A DNA stretch of 64,000 nt, from IMG/VR virus record IMGVR_UViG_3300045684_000009, positions 69,829 to 133,828 of that record; one strand, written 5' to 3'. The DNA comes from a virus. This document shows positions 21,800 to 31,900 of the stretch, one piece after another. Below the pieces are notes generated by a model. The model had not been told where the DNA came from, ran no database searches, and saw only the letters and a program-made list of their open reading frames with translations. The position numbers and the translations under genes are program-made. Positions within the stretch are counted from its first letter, which is position 1; every line of letters begins with the position of its first letter.

Positions 21800-22345
21800 T
21801 TATGCTAATTTAAATTGTTTTAAAAATGTTCTTAAATCGAGAATACTTTCTCCACCCATTTCTGTTAAATACTTTTCCCACGCATCTGGAAAATCAAGAG
21901 ATAAAGCTGTAGGTTCTTGGTCAGATTTATATACACCTTTAGAATCAGGGTCTAACCACTTATTAAAGTCAGGATACTTATCATAATCCCACACTCTCTC
22001 GTCAGCAAGAAATACTACTGCGGTGAGTGCGTCATTTAAGTCTGGCTCATGAAATGTAGCGTGAGGTACGTCATTATTAACTAACCAAGCATGCTGCTGA
22101 TTTAAAGTGCCGATACTAAACCCTTCATCGTCTATTTTACTATTAGTAGTACCACCATTAAGTATAATGAATGTTTTATCATCCTCTGCCCATATATTGC
22201 AATCATGAACACAGCCCGCATTCAGGCAATCATAATTGTCCATCATATACTCAACAACAGCATGTCCAAACTGTATACCTTGTTGAATAGGTGAAAGGTT
22301 GTACGGTACGAGTCCGTACATTCTGTATTTTAGTTTATCTGTCAT
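21800..22345 (-). CDS. Pth2-like peptidyl-tRNA hydrolase family protein
   Basis: QQGIQFGHA and F.EPDL..ALTAV motifs seen in phage Pth2-like proteins. Confidence 0.6.
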   Translation of the reverse strand: MTDKLKYRMYGLVPYNLSPIQQGIQFGHAVVEYMMDNYDCLNAGCVHDCNIWAEDDKTFIILNGGTTNSKIDDEGFSIGTLNQQHAWLVNNDVPHATFHEPDLNDALTAVVFLADERVWDYDKYPDFNKWLDPDSKGVYKSDQEPTALSLDFPDAWEKYLTEMGGESILDLRTFLKQFKLA

Positions 22346-23418
22346 AAGTTATCTTTTCTAATTGTTAATAATAAATTCTGTGTAAACTTAGGCTTAACCT
22401 CGCGAGGTAAATTAGATGCATCAAATGCTGCTTTAATATCGTCAATCATAGACTCAGCATCGTCAAGTAATTCGTCATACTTCATCTCACCTCTACGGAT
22501 TTGAAGTAGATATTCTCTCTCAGGTCTACGCACCACAATACCTTTACCATCTGCAATGTCCTTAGACATATTTAGAAGTCTCATACAATGCATCATGTTT
22601 TTGTGGTCGTATCCTTGCTCTCCCTTTAGATTATCTCTATATCTAGCTTCATTCCTATTCTCTAACCATTCAGTGTATTCTCTATAATCCTTACAATGCA
22701 TTGAGTATGCATCTACATCAAATCTAAGATACGTTAGGTGACAAGCGTCTTTAGGTATGCTCACAGTTCTAACATTGTTAGAATCGTCACCAATAATACC
22801 ACCATCCCCGTCATCCATGTCGTACATAGAGTATGTATTTGGGATGTTATTAACTTTAGCTAAACCTATATACTTTTGAGCAATTATGGGGTCACCTGCC
22901 CCATTAATGTCGCACCATTTTTTAAAATTTACAGTGTGTTCGTTGTACATTAATACATAACAAAAATCAAGTACATCCTTTCTAGTCATTGCTTTAGCCT
23001 CTTGGTTTATTTTCTTATTTAAACCTTTTGCCTTTTGTATTTGAGAGTACGCGTATCCTGTATACGTATGTTTTAACTTTGTAGTGATGAATTTGGCTCT
23101 AGTTTCTTCAGGGAAGTATTTAACCCAATCATCTGTTGTAATACGTACACAGTCGTCGGGTAAATTAAACAACTCCTGCATATTAGGATTACCTTTCGAT
23201 AATAGTTCTATAAATCGACCTATTTCATAATATGTTTCATCGTTGGTGTTGTCGGATATTTGAGGAATATATCTACCCGCAAGTACTTCATCTGTGGGTA
23301 GAATAAAAACACCCCTCACGTCAACGTCACTACCTTCTACGTTTGTCCCATAAGCATGTGAACCCGATATACCTTCGAATATAATGCGCCCCGAAGTTCT
23401 TAATTGTTCAATATTCAT
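22342..23418 (-). CDS. Pol-beta nucleotidyltransferase (RlaP/YcgL-like)
   Basis: GSHAYGT..EGSDVDVRGVF, GNPN..E, GYA..Q, K.MMHC.RLL, LL.IRRG. Confidence 0.88.
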   Translation of the reverse strand: MNIEQLRTSGRIIFEGISGSHAYGTNVEGSDVDVRGVFILPTDEVLAGRYIPQISDNTNDETYYEIGRFIELLSKGNPNMQELFNLPDDCVRITTDDWVKYFPEETRAKFITTKLKHTYTGYAYSQIQKAKGLNKKINQEAKAMTRKDVLDFCYVLMYNEHTVNFKKWCDINGAGDPIIAQKYIGLAKVNNIPNTYSMYDMDDGDGGIIGDDSNNVRTVSIPKDACHLTYLRFDVDAYSMHCKDYREYTEWLENRNEARYRDNLKGEQGYDHKNMMHCMRLLNMSKDIADGKGIVVRRPEREYLLQIRRGEMKYDELLDDAESMIDDIKAAFDASNLPREVKPKFTQNLLLTIRKDNL

Positions 23419-23993
23419 ATTTGTGATTTAAAATAATTTAATGATTTTACAACCCTGGTGTCAAAAACATCTTCAGATGTATACCGTTTAATTATGTGGT
23501 CCACATATTCTGATTTATGACGCTTCCAAGTACTCACAGCTTCTCTTTTTTCTGAAAATACACCGATATGACGCTCCAACCCGTCGTGATTCATTCTAAC
23601 CCTGTATTTACCATTTTTAATAGTTATTCCTGTAGGTAGTTCTCGATTCAGGGATGAGTGAAGATTTAAGCAGTTATTAACATATCTAGGTATAAATACG
23701 CAAACATCAGGGTCGTATCTTTTATTACCTGGCTTCAATAAATCCTTATCTAAATGATACCCATCTATATAGTTAGAGTCCCACCATTGTTTAAATTTAG
23801 AGAACGATAACCATTCCGAACAGACGGAACAATCAACGTATGTGGGATACTTATTGAGAGATTTAGGTGAATATACTCTAAATAATATAGATTTCCAAAT
23901 TGCATATTCTTTTAATTTAGACACCCCTCCTCCATAGTCATTCATACCTACGCCGTATACCAATCCCATAATATTATAATGTTGATTCTTCAA
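23415..23993 (-). CDS. HNH-like endonuclease with AP2-like DNA-binding domain (probable homing endonuclease)
   Basis: Y..W..IL.R, YPTY.DCSVC.EW..FS.F, LDKDLL..GNK.Y.P..CVF, followed by LPTGI...YRV...HIGVF. Confidence 0.7.
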   Translation of the reverse strand: MKNQHYNIMGLVYGVGMNDYGGGVSKLKEYAIWKSILFRVYSPKSLNKYPTYVDCSVCSEWLSFSKFKQWWDSNYIDGYHLDKDLLKPGNKRYDPDVCVFIPRYVNNCLNLHSSLNRELPTGITIKNGKYRVRMNHDGLERHIGVFSEKREAVSTWKRHKSEYVDHIIKRYTSEDVFDTRVVKSLNYFKSQI

Positions 23994-24275
23994 TGAATAA
24001 ATACTCTCCTGAATCTAACCTACGTCTACAGTCATCTAATCCACAGTTTAGAAACTCATTTCTATATTTACCTGTAGTTCTTGAATAGTTCCAAGCACCT
24101 GTCAAGAAAACTGTATCGCTGTTGTCTTTTATAGCGATTATACTATCATATGATTTGAACATACTACCATTATCAAATTCGATAATTATTTGCTTTGGTG
24201 TTAAGTTGCGACCACGCGTTCGCATGTTCCTAGCACTCTTAAATGTACCTAACGTTTGTACTACTGTTTTAAGTT

Positions 24276-24758
24276 TCATATTCCATATTTTGAATAGAGC
24301 TGTTTAAACTCTAAGTTACCTAATAAAGATTCTAATTGTTTCTGTTGTTTTCTAATTACTTTCCCTCCCACACATCTATCTCTATACATATCACGTTCTA
24401 AACATTGGTCAACCGAAGTTTTCATTAAAAATATATGAGGGTCGAAGTTAATGTTACCAATTAAAGGTTTAAGATAAGATATCTTTAAATTAGTAGCATC
24501 TATGATAACATTTCTATCTGCACATGTGGCGGAGTCAAGTATGCCATTAATTACATCAGTAACTAATTCTTCCCTATAACTTATATCTTTAGAGTTATAG
24601 TAATCTTTATGTTGATGGTCTTCTAACCCCCACAATGCACTTCTAATACTATCTCTTGATACTATTATAGTGTGAGAGTGTTCTTTCATCAACCTCTTTG
24701 CTTCTGTAGACTTACCTGAACCTGATACGCCTATAAGTATAAACATTTTATTCATCAT
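24276..24758 (-). CDS. Polynucleotide kinase-like P-loop protein (AAA_33), no phosphatase domain
   Basis: GVSGSGKST, SRD.IR, IIDATNL, C.ER...R..V...VI..Q. Confidence 0.85.
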   Translation of the reverse strand: MMNKMFILIGVSGSGKSTEAKRLMKEHSHTIIVSRDSIRSALWGLEDHQHKDYYNSKDISYREELVTDVINGILDSATCADRNVIIDATNLKISYLKPLIGNINFDPHIFLMKTSVDQCLERDMYRDRCVGGKVIRKQQKQLESLLGNLEFKQLYSKYGI

Positions 24759-25558
24759 TCTGATTTTAAATGTAAGCTAATATATTGTCTTAATTGTTTC
24801 ATACCAGTTAACTGGCCACCTATTGATATTTCATGATGTAAATTATCAGCATCTAACTTGTCTTTCTCTCTCTTTCGAATCCTCTTATCAATCCACGCCA
24901 ATAACTCATCTTTGTTAACAGAACCTGGCGTACTGTAATCTCCCGACTTAGGTGCTAAACTCTTAAACTCAGAATATTTGTCTTTAAATAATGTATGGTA
25001 TCTAGCATGTATAACCTCCCACAATTCATTCCTTTCATGTTTATCAGCCAAGATATATAATTCTTCAAGTAACCACTTATACCTTGCTGGTTCTACGATG
25101 TCACCATGTCTTATTATCTGAATTCCGAAATCAAATATACGAATGGCGTGGAATATAGACTTTATAGCTAACACCTTGTCATAATCTGCAGATACAGTTA
25201 ACTTCTTATTTCCCTTAACCCACGCACCGTTGGCAACTGTCGAGAACGACTTCCTAAGTTTTCCTAAATCAATATCTATAGGTCCATAATTTCGATCACT
25301 ATCAAGGTATATACATTCAATCGCCCTAACGTCATGAGCGTCAACTGCTGCATCGAAATCAACCTTAGTAAATATATGTATTGTAATATTACCTTCATCT
25401 ATTAGAGAACCGTAATCGGGGTAAGGCTCACCGTCTGCTAATACTAATATGTAGTCATGGTCAGAACCTTTTCGTTGAGTACCGTAAGTAAATGAGCCAA
25501 ACTTAAATATAGAATCGAAGTTTAATGTGGATGTTACTTTATCTAATTTATCATGCAT
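24755..25558 (-). CDS. Pol-beta superfamily nucleotidyltransferase
   Basis: FGSFTYGT...SDHDYI followed by a helical KS.FHA.R domain. Confidence 0.78.
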   Translation of the reverse strand: MHDKLDKVTSTLNFDSIFKFGSFTYGTQRKGSDHDYILVLADGEPYPDYGSLIDEGNITIHIFTKVDFDAAVDAHDVRAIECIYLDSDRNYGPIDIDLGKLRKSFSTVANGAWVKGNKKLTVSADYDKVLAIKSIFHAIRIFDFGIQIIRHGDIVEPARYKWLLEELYILADKHERNELWEVIHARYHTLFKDKYSEFKSLAPKSGDYSTPGSVNKDELLAWIDKRIRKREKDKLDADNLHHEISIGGQLTGMKQLRQYISLHLKSE

Positions 25559-26246
25559 ATCTAAATTCTCTTATATTATTTGAATCTAATAATTGTTGTA
25601 ACAACGGATCATCACAATCCTCAATGTAATAGTTTTCTAACTCTCCTTTATTGTACATATCGTTCATGGTCTTCCTCAAACCATCGTGTCTGTTCTTAAG
25701 GCGAACTACCATTTTATGGTTGTTGTTGTATAACTCTATTTGTTTTCTAACGCCCTCCAATGTGGGAAGTTCATTCTTTAGTAGACAACTAGCACAGTAT
25801 AAACCTCTAGCAGCGTGTCCTAACTTCTTATCGTGTTTCCAATTCCTTATATCTCGTTTAGCGAAACCTAAATAAGCCTTAATTACTTTGTAAGTTCTTA
25901 CGTGAGCTAAAGCTGATTCATCTAACAGGCTACCTTTTTTAAATAAAGACCTATTCCACATAATTACATCACTGTTTATAGTGGATTCACCCGAGGTTTG
26001 ATTGCGGGAGAATTGATCCATTGTTGTCCAAATATAATCAGTGTTATCTTCTGTATATTGGAATTGATGAGAGTTTGGGAACATCCCTAAGTCATCATTC
26101 CACGAAGTTGGTGGTCGATAAACACACAATAAATCCAGATCACTATCTCTACTATTAGTTCCATATAACCTAGAACCTATTGTTACCTTCCTGTTTGTGA
26201 AACTATCTAATCTTAGATGTTCCTCTTTAGTTATTTTAATGTTCAT
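25551..26246 (-). CDS. Pol-beta superfamily nucleotidyltransferase
   Basis: IGSRLYGT...SDLDLL, AYLGFAKRD, K..HA.RGL. Confidence 0.78.
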   Translation of the reverse strand: MNIKITKEEHLRLDSFTNRKVTIGSRLYGTNSRDSDLDLLCVYRPPTSWNDDLGMFPNSHQFQYTEDNTDYIWTTMDQFSRNQTSGESTINSDVIMWNRSLFKKGSLLDESALAHVRTYKVIKAYLGFAKRDIRNWKHDKKLGHAARGLYCASCLLKNELPTLEGVRKQIELYNNNHKMVVRLKNRHDGLRKTMNDMYNKGELENYYIEDCDDPLLQQLLDSNNIREFRYA

Positions 26247-26698
26247 CAGATTCTATTTAGTTTACGGAGTCTATGTAATTGTCTGCAAAACTCTCTTTCA
26301 GTTAATACGGTTTTGGATTCATCATTATGGCCTATGTTGTGGGTAAATACAGCATCCCCTGACGCCTCTAAATCCTTTCTAAATTGTTCATTAGTATTTA
26401 ATGCATCGTATGCTCTAGTTAGTAGGTCTTGATAATTATCTGACTTCCTTTTGTATGTTATATCATTCCACCATAACATCTGTAACGATTGCCACCTCTT
26501 ATTTCTACCCTTACCTTTTCGTTTAGCAGCAATACCTACGAGTGTGCATGTATATTTCTGAGCATTAGTGTCATGATATTTAAACGCCTGTAATAACCCC
26601 TCCATAGACGCACACTCTACCCCGTCAAATATAAAAGACCTAGCTGTGAAGTTACTCAACCTTGCAGCAACTCCTTTATTACTCTTTCCTATGTTCAT
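26246..26698 (-). CDS. NADAR-family ADP-ribose hydrolase (T4 gp30.3-like)
   Basis: LSNF...F.FDGVECASMEGLLQ.FK, LWW, L.ASG...H.IG...TVLTE.EF. Confidence 0.75.
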   Translation of the reverse strand: MNIGKSNKGVAARLSNFTARSFIFDGVECASMEGLLQAFKYHDTNAQKYTCTLVGIAAKRKGKGRNKRWQSLQMLWWNDITYKRKSDNYQDLLTRAYDALNTNEQFRKDLEASGDAVFTHNIGHNDESKTVLTEREFCRQLHRLRKLNRI

Positions 26699-28038
26699 AT
26701 ACTTTCTTGTTCTTCCATGTCCACAAGTTTATCAGAGTCTTTTACAATTCCCTCAAGAACTTTGTGTGCAAATGATTTATGTTTAAATAATAGTGGAGCT
26801 TCACCACCTCTGTCTATTCTAACTACAACACCTTCTCTTAATGTATTAGGGAAGAAGTCACATGGTACTTTAGTAGTTTCATACTCCACATAACTCTTAA
26901 AGTTTGTGAGTCCACCACTAACAACTAATTCGAATGCCCCTGATTCATTAGTTAAATAACCAGATATAATCTCAGGGCAGTGTTCAATCTCCATTTCTTC
27001 ACATCTTCTCTTAACTCTCTCCCACGAATAATCAACGCTACTTCCTTGCTCGTTAGTTAATGTCATTCTATATACGAAGATATTGAACTCACCTGCATCG
27101 CAACCATACTGCATTGGAATCTCTGCACCATAGAACTCTATCATTCTATCATACTCTTCCTTACTAAAGAAGTCTTTCAACTTTCTAGTAACATGTGTAG
27201 GTTGTATGTTCTGACCAGAAGGCGTCTGACCGACTATCTCAAAGTAAACAGTCTCACCCTTACAAAGCTTACCTTCAACCTTCTTAGATGCTAATGACCA
27301 TATGTCATCATCATAGAAGTCTTGATTACCTTCTCTCTTATCACCTTCTATGGTTTTAACAACCTTTCTAGAACCAACTACGTACCCATATTGAGGGTCA
27401 GGGGTTGTACCAAATAACTTATGATACCATTTCTTCTTCTGTACTATTGGTAGATAACCAGTACGTCCCGAAGTTCCATGAAGTTTACAAGTCATAGTGA
27501 CGTGGTCACCGTCCTTCAACTTATCATAATACCTCATCAAATGGTCTGTACTCATATGCTCTTTAAACAATGGAACTCTATTCTCTCTAGCTTTACCTAA
27601 CTTACCTAGATTGGCACGAGTAGTAGCATACTTCCTAACATACTTCTCACAAATAGTAACTCCGTTTATCTTATGGTCTTGAACACCATTGTCTAACTCT
27701 ATAGTTCCTATAACGGGTTCTAATTGTGCGAATGATAGAAATAGACATGTACACTGTACACCTTTCAACCTTATAGGTTTGATTCTACCATTGTCTCCAA
27801 GGTATCCTACTTTAGTCACATCTTCATTCAACTCTTTATGTCTATACATATTGAGTCTAGAGGCTATTTCGGGGAATAACTTGGATTCACAATCAATTAT
27901 AATACCTCTTGTACCTATTGGGTTTTCAGATATAGATACAATGGCTATCTCACCGCACATCTCAGTCCAAACTATTCGGTCTGCTCCCTCTATTGGATTG
28001 TGGGTTTTTATTTCTGTTACAATAAATTCTCCTGTCAT
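26695..28038 (-). CDS. ATP-dependent RNA ligase (Rnl2/DRB0094-like with N-terminal OB domain)
   Basis: N-terminal PIEGADRI, motif I KLHGTS, VGSR, YFEIVG, REGVVVR and FKHKS. The likely start is ATG 28038. Confidence 0.85.
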   Translation of the reverse strand: MTGEFIVTEIKTHNPIEGADRIVWTEMCGEIAIVSISENPIGTRGIIIDCESKLFPEIASRLNMYRHKELNEDVTKVGYLGDNGRIKPIRLKGVQCTCLFLSFAQLEPVIGTIELDNGVQDHKINGVTICEKYVRKYATTRANLGKLGKARENRVPLFKEHMSTDHLMRYYDKLKDGDHVTMTCKLHGTSGRTGYLPIVQKKKWYHKLFGTTPDPQYGYVVGSRKVVKTIEGDKREGNQDFYDDDIWSLASKKVEGKLCKGETVYFEIVGQTPSGQNIQPTHVTRKLKDFFSKEEYDRMIEFYGAEIPMQYGCDAGEFNIFVYRMTLTNEQGSSVDYSWERVKRRCEEMEIEHCPEIISGYLTNESGAFELVVSGGLTNFKSYVEYETTKVPCDFFPNTLREGVVVRIDRGGEAPLLFKHKSFAHKVLEGIVKDSDKLVDMEEQESI

Positions 28039-28637
28039 TATAATGTAGGCGTTGTGGCAGATGTAATCCACCTATTAAGTAATTGGGCTTCCATGTTGTT
28101 TTTAAAATCAGCATCACCCATGTCAATTATTGGTATTTCAAAATCAATTCTAGTGAAGTCACCTAAATTGCAGACATAATGGGCTACACCTTTTCTTATG
28201 TAGCTAAAGTAAGCAATAGGTTTCTGCTTGTATAAAGCTTTTTTAATTTCTGTATTTGTCATTGTTTATTAGTTTATCAAGTTCATAATCGTTAGCTAAC
28301 CAAGCTTGAACTCCATACGGAGTCTGTTCTATTATCACATGGGGTCGGTCAATATCTCCCGATGTTAAAACTCTTATGTGAGTCTCTTCATTTAACATAA
28401 AGTCGTGTGTTACTCTATCTTCCATTTTATTTCCTTTTTAATTGTTTAATTTCATCTTCTGTCAACGACCACCAATCATTATTATCACTGTGTTCATAAT
28501 CTAATATATAATCACAATAATCCCAATCATTAATAATCTCTCTAGGGTGCGGCAAGTCCATAGGATCAACTCCTGAATTTAAAAGAGTCTTCCAATGACT
28601 TCTCACTATTCGCCAATATATATCTTTCTTATATGCT

Positions 28638-30653
28638 TTATCTTTGTATATCGCCTTTTTGTAACTTCTCGACATCTTTTTGATTTATAGTGTTAATTAA
28701 TTCATGACATTGATCTATATAATAGTCATAGTTAATTCCAGAATATCTATAAGAACCTCTTTTAGCTTTAGGTGATTCTTTACCGTGTATTATCTCAGTA
28801 CGCGTCACCGTTGGTAATGGTGTTACTAGAAAACCCTTATTTACAGCTTGTAAGTTGTTAACTCTATTATCTAAGAAATGTTTGAATATATTAAATCCAT
28901 CTTTCGATATATAATATCTGACTACTCTACCTTCAAACTTCTTCCTCTCAATCTTAGTTACTATATCTTCAGAGGCTTGTATACCTACATATTCAAAATT
29001 AGACTTATTCTTAATACCTATAAGGAAGTCATGTATATTGTTGTGGGTTAGTATAGTATCTTCAACATTCACCCCATTAATATAATATTCAGATAAAGCT
29101 TGCGGTATTATAGATGCTGAAGGGTTCTTATGATATGACCCTTTAATATCATCATATGTCTCAAACATACCTTTACGTTTGACATTACCCTCCAAATCAA
29201 TCGATAGATAGTTGTTAACATCTTTGATAACCATTTTAGAATACTGAACTTCTTCTAATATAAGACCTGTCAGTGATTCAAAGCTTTTACAAGCGTTTCT
29301 AAGAATCTCTAAATCCACCTTCTTAATCATCATTGTTAATCCGTCAGTATTCACTTGAATAATCTGACCTAATTGTGAAAGTCTGTCACATAACATTGAC
29401 AATAATAATTGACCATTTACTGTGGTGGAGACGGTACATTGAGGGTCAAACACTATACTATATTTGTTATTGAATAACCCATATATTGAGTTAAGTACAA
29501 GTTTTAAAGATTTATTCTTAATACTCCCTTTAGGGTGTCGCTTCCTTTCATTATATAATTTCTCTAGAATTATAGTAAACTTCTTAGATAGATGTTCAGG
29601 GAATATGTCACCCGTAATAGCCAACCAAGGATAATATGATGCGAAATCTAAATCAATTAGTATTTCATCAGATTTAGGTTCGTAACAACCAGGTGAAATA
29701 CAAGCATGTAATCCGCCTGCGCCATACTCATATGTTAACCCCCCAAATTCCATAGAGAATCCTAAAACCTTTTTACCTTTTAGTTCAATCTCACCATTTG
29801 GATTCTTTCGAAGTACCTTACTTTGAAAATGTCTTAAAGCTTCATTAAATTCAGGATTCTTGAAATTGATATAGTTTCTAATCAAATCTTTAACCACTAT
29901 TTGTTCTCGATCTGTTTTGAGCTTCTTAAGTTGAGGTTTAGTCAATTTCAACTCTTCTGACAATATCTCTTTTAACATGAAAGAAGATATTGAGGGTTCA
30001 GACATGTTAATCAGTCTAGGTTCTTTATATTCTCTATATAAACCTTTCCTTAAATCTATATCTTCTTGACATGTTAGATAAAAAGCATACGTGTCTTCTA
30101 CATCTTTCTTATTATATTTGATAATAGCGTCTACCTTTTTTTGAGTATCAATCATCTCTGTAAAATGATAGGGTAAATCTTGCATACTTGGGCGGCGCAT
30201 GGAAAAACCTAACCATTTCAACGAAGTAGTCTTAGCACTACCTATACCGTAATGATTAACACTCATTAAATCAAGTTCAGTTAACTTCTTCTTCCACTCG
30301 TCGTATTCACTATCCCACCTATCAGTTTTCAACCTACCTATAACACTTTGAGCAAATTCGAACACTTCTGTACCTGTGTGTAGGTGACCTCTCAATATAT
30401 GTTCTAACACTTGACCATCAAACTTTAAATTGTTATAGCCTACGAGTGAAGGTTTCGTTTTAAGCCACTTTAGAAGCTCTGTGCGGTCATTTCTCCCCCC
30501 AACTATGTCATGCATCACAAAGTCTACAAAGATACCTGTGTGAGGTTCTAACGCCACCACAGTGAATAAGTTGGCATATGTTTCTATATCATATATCCAT
30601 ACATTCTTGTTTATGTCTATGTTTGGTGTCATATTAGTCGTTTTCATCATCAA
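28638..30653 (-). CDS. DNA polymerase family B with N-terminal 3'-5' exonuclease
   Basis: YDIET, GYN..KFD, YN..DV exonuclease motifs; DLDFASYYP, K.VLNS.YG, NTDG, DVNNY, KG polymerase motifs (crAss-like PolB). The likely start is ATG 30632. Confidence 0.92.
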   Translation of the reverse strand: MMMKTTNMTPNIDINKNVWIYDIETYANLFTVVALEPHTGIFVDFVMHDIVGGRNDRTELLKWLKTKPSLVGYNNLKFDGQVLEHILRGHLHTGTEVFEFAQSVIGRLKTDRWDSEYDEWKKKLTELDLMSVNHYGIGSAKTTSLKWLGFSMRRPSMQDLPYHFTEMIDTQKKVDAIIKYNKKDVEDTYAFYLTCQEDIDLRKGLYREYKEPRLINMSEPSISSFMLKEILSEELKLTKPQLKKLKTDREQIVVKDLIRNYINFKNPEFNEALRHFQSKVLRKNPNGEIELKGKKVLGFSMEFGGLTYEYGAGGLHACISPGCYEPKSDEILIDLDFASYYPWLAITGDIFPEHLSKKFTIILEKLYNERKRHPKGSIKNKSLKLVLNSIYGLFNNKYSIVFDPQCTVSTTVNGQLLLSMLCDRLSQLGQIIQVNTDGLTMMIKKVDLEILRNACKSFESLTGLILEEVQYSKMVIKDVNNYLSIDLEGNVKRKGMFETYDDIKGSYHKNPSASIIPQALSEYYINGVNVEDTILTHNNIHDFLIGIKNKSNFEYVGIQASEDIVTKIERKKFEGRVVRYYISKDGFNIFKHFLDNRVNNLQAVNKGFLVTPLPTVTRTEIIHGKESPKAKRGSYRYSGINYDYYIDQCHELINTINQKDVEKLQKGDIQR

Positions 30654-31149
30654 GTTCTAAAGTGTCATCTTCTTCTGAATACATAGGTGACCATTTCTCA
30701 AATTTATCAATTATCATAGGTCTTATAGTTGGAAATTCTAAATCGACATGAGATTTCTTAAACGAAGCTTGTTCGTCACCTATTAGGTGTTCAGGAGTCT
30801 TTAAATCTAAATAATATCCTTTAAATACACTCAAGTATCTAGATGTTCGGTACATGTATGGGTTATACTTAGATAAAGAATCATCTACCACCCAACAATC
30901 AACTTTTATAGTGGTGAACACTGGTTCGTTTTGTTGTTCGCGTCTTAGATACTCGTCATTTCCGTCATTTATATACGTTTCTTCACTGAGTATTTCGTTT
31001 ATAATCAACTTTTCACCCTCGTACTCTATATATTTCTCTTGCTCGAGAAATACTAACACAAAGTCATAATAACCTTCGGCTATATGTTCTTTTTGAATTT
31101 GGGTGGGCGAACTTCCACCAATTAAATCAATCACATTTTGTTTATTCAT
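30634..31149 (-). CDS. hypothetical protein upstream of the DNA polymerase
   Basis: 171-aa ORF, first gene after the divergent promoter region. Confidence 0.6.
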   Translation of the reverse strand: MNKQNVIDLIGGSSPTQIQKEHIAEGYYDFVLVFLEQEKYIEYEGEKLIINEILSEETYINDGNDEYLRREQQNEPVFTTIKVDCWVVDDSLSKYNPYMYRTSRYLSVFKGYYLDLKTPEHLIGDEQASFKKSHVDLEFPTIRPMIIDKFEKWSPMYSEEDDTLELDDEND

Positions 31150-31204
31150 TTTAAATAGATTATATAGTATAAGTTATATTTAATTAATAGATTGTCTTAA
31201 TAAT

Positions 31205-31270
31205 ACTGTAAAAATACAACAAAAAAGGTATATTTGCAACAATTTAAGACCATTTAACACAATGTTAACA
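31205..31270. promoter_or_regulatory. Divergent promoter region
   Basis: Plus-strand TATATTTG at 31229-31236 (perfect Bacteroidota -7 element) and minus-strand TTGTATTTTTAC, with phased TTAA repeats at 31244/31254/31265. Confidence 0.55.
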
Positions 31271-31360
31271 TTGGTCAACAGAGGTTTACCACCGCCCCTA
31301 ACCTTAAAATGCGGTGAGTCTACACTTTGTAGATACCGTAAAACTAAAAACGAGAAAAGC

Positions 31361-31891
31361 ATGGGATTCCAGCTTAATTACGAAATTAGGCAACTTAAAA
31401 AGTGTCTAAAAGAGCTTAAATGTTCTGTGGCAAACCTGTTTTCAGGTGTAGAAGCCGAGGATATACTCACTATCAACAATGATGGCGACATAGTTTCACA
31501 CCCACAATTAACAGTAAGTGACGAGGTATTGACTTCTGACTTAGGTATTGCTGTAAACGGCGGTTTAATGTTAAATGTTAGAAAAGAACCTGCGGGCGAT
31601 TACACCTTGGCTACAAACGATATAGTATTCATGTATTCATCATTAACTTTCGGTGTAGAAAGTGTATTAACTTTACCTCTTACCCCAATTGAAAATCAAG
31701 TATATATTATTAAAGATAGCGGTGGGGAAGCGACGATAGGCGGTGGTGGAAAGTTTATAAGAATCGATGTAGCACCAGGGTCAGGACACGATATAGATGG
31801 GTTAAATGACAGGAGCATTATAACAGCATACGGGTACAGACATTTAATATTTAACGGCGGCACTTGGTCTGTAATAGGCAGTGACGTATAA
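31361..31891 (+). CDS. probable virion/tail-fibre-associated protein
   Basis: C-terminal TLP...IIKD.GG...I...IDG...I.TAYG...L.FNG.TW.VI beta-sandwich pattern common in phage fibre proteins. The likely start is ATG 31361. Confidence 0.55.
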   Translation: MGFQLNYEIRQLKKCLKELKCSVANLFSGVEAEDILTINNDGDIVSHPQLTVSDEVLTSDLGIAVNGGLMLNVRKEPAGDYTLATNDIVFMYSSLTFGVESVLTLPLTPIENQVYIIKDSGGEATIGGGGKFIRIDVAPGSGHDIDGLNDRSIITAYGYRHLIFNGGTWSVIGSDV

Positions 31892-31900
31892 AACATAAAC

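Noticed and set aside
6244-30653. Introns or inteins in nrdJ or the DNA polymerase
   Set aside because: Both are uninterrupted, of normal length, and lack intein splice motifs.
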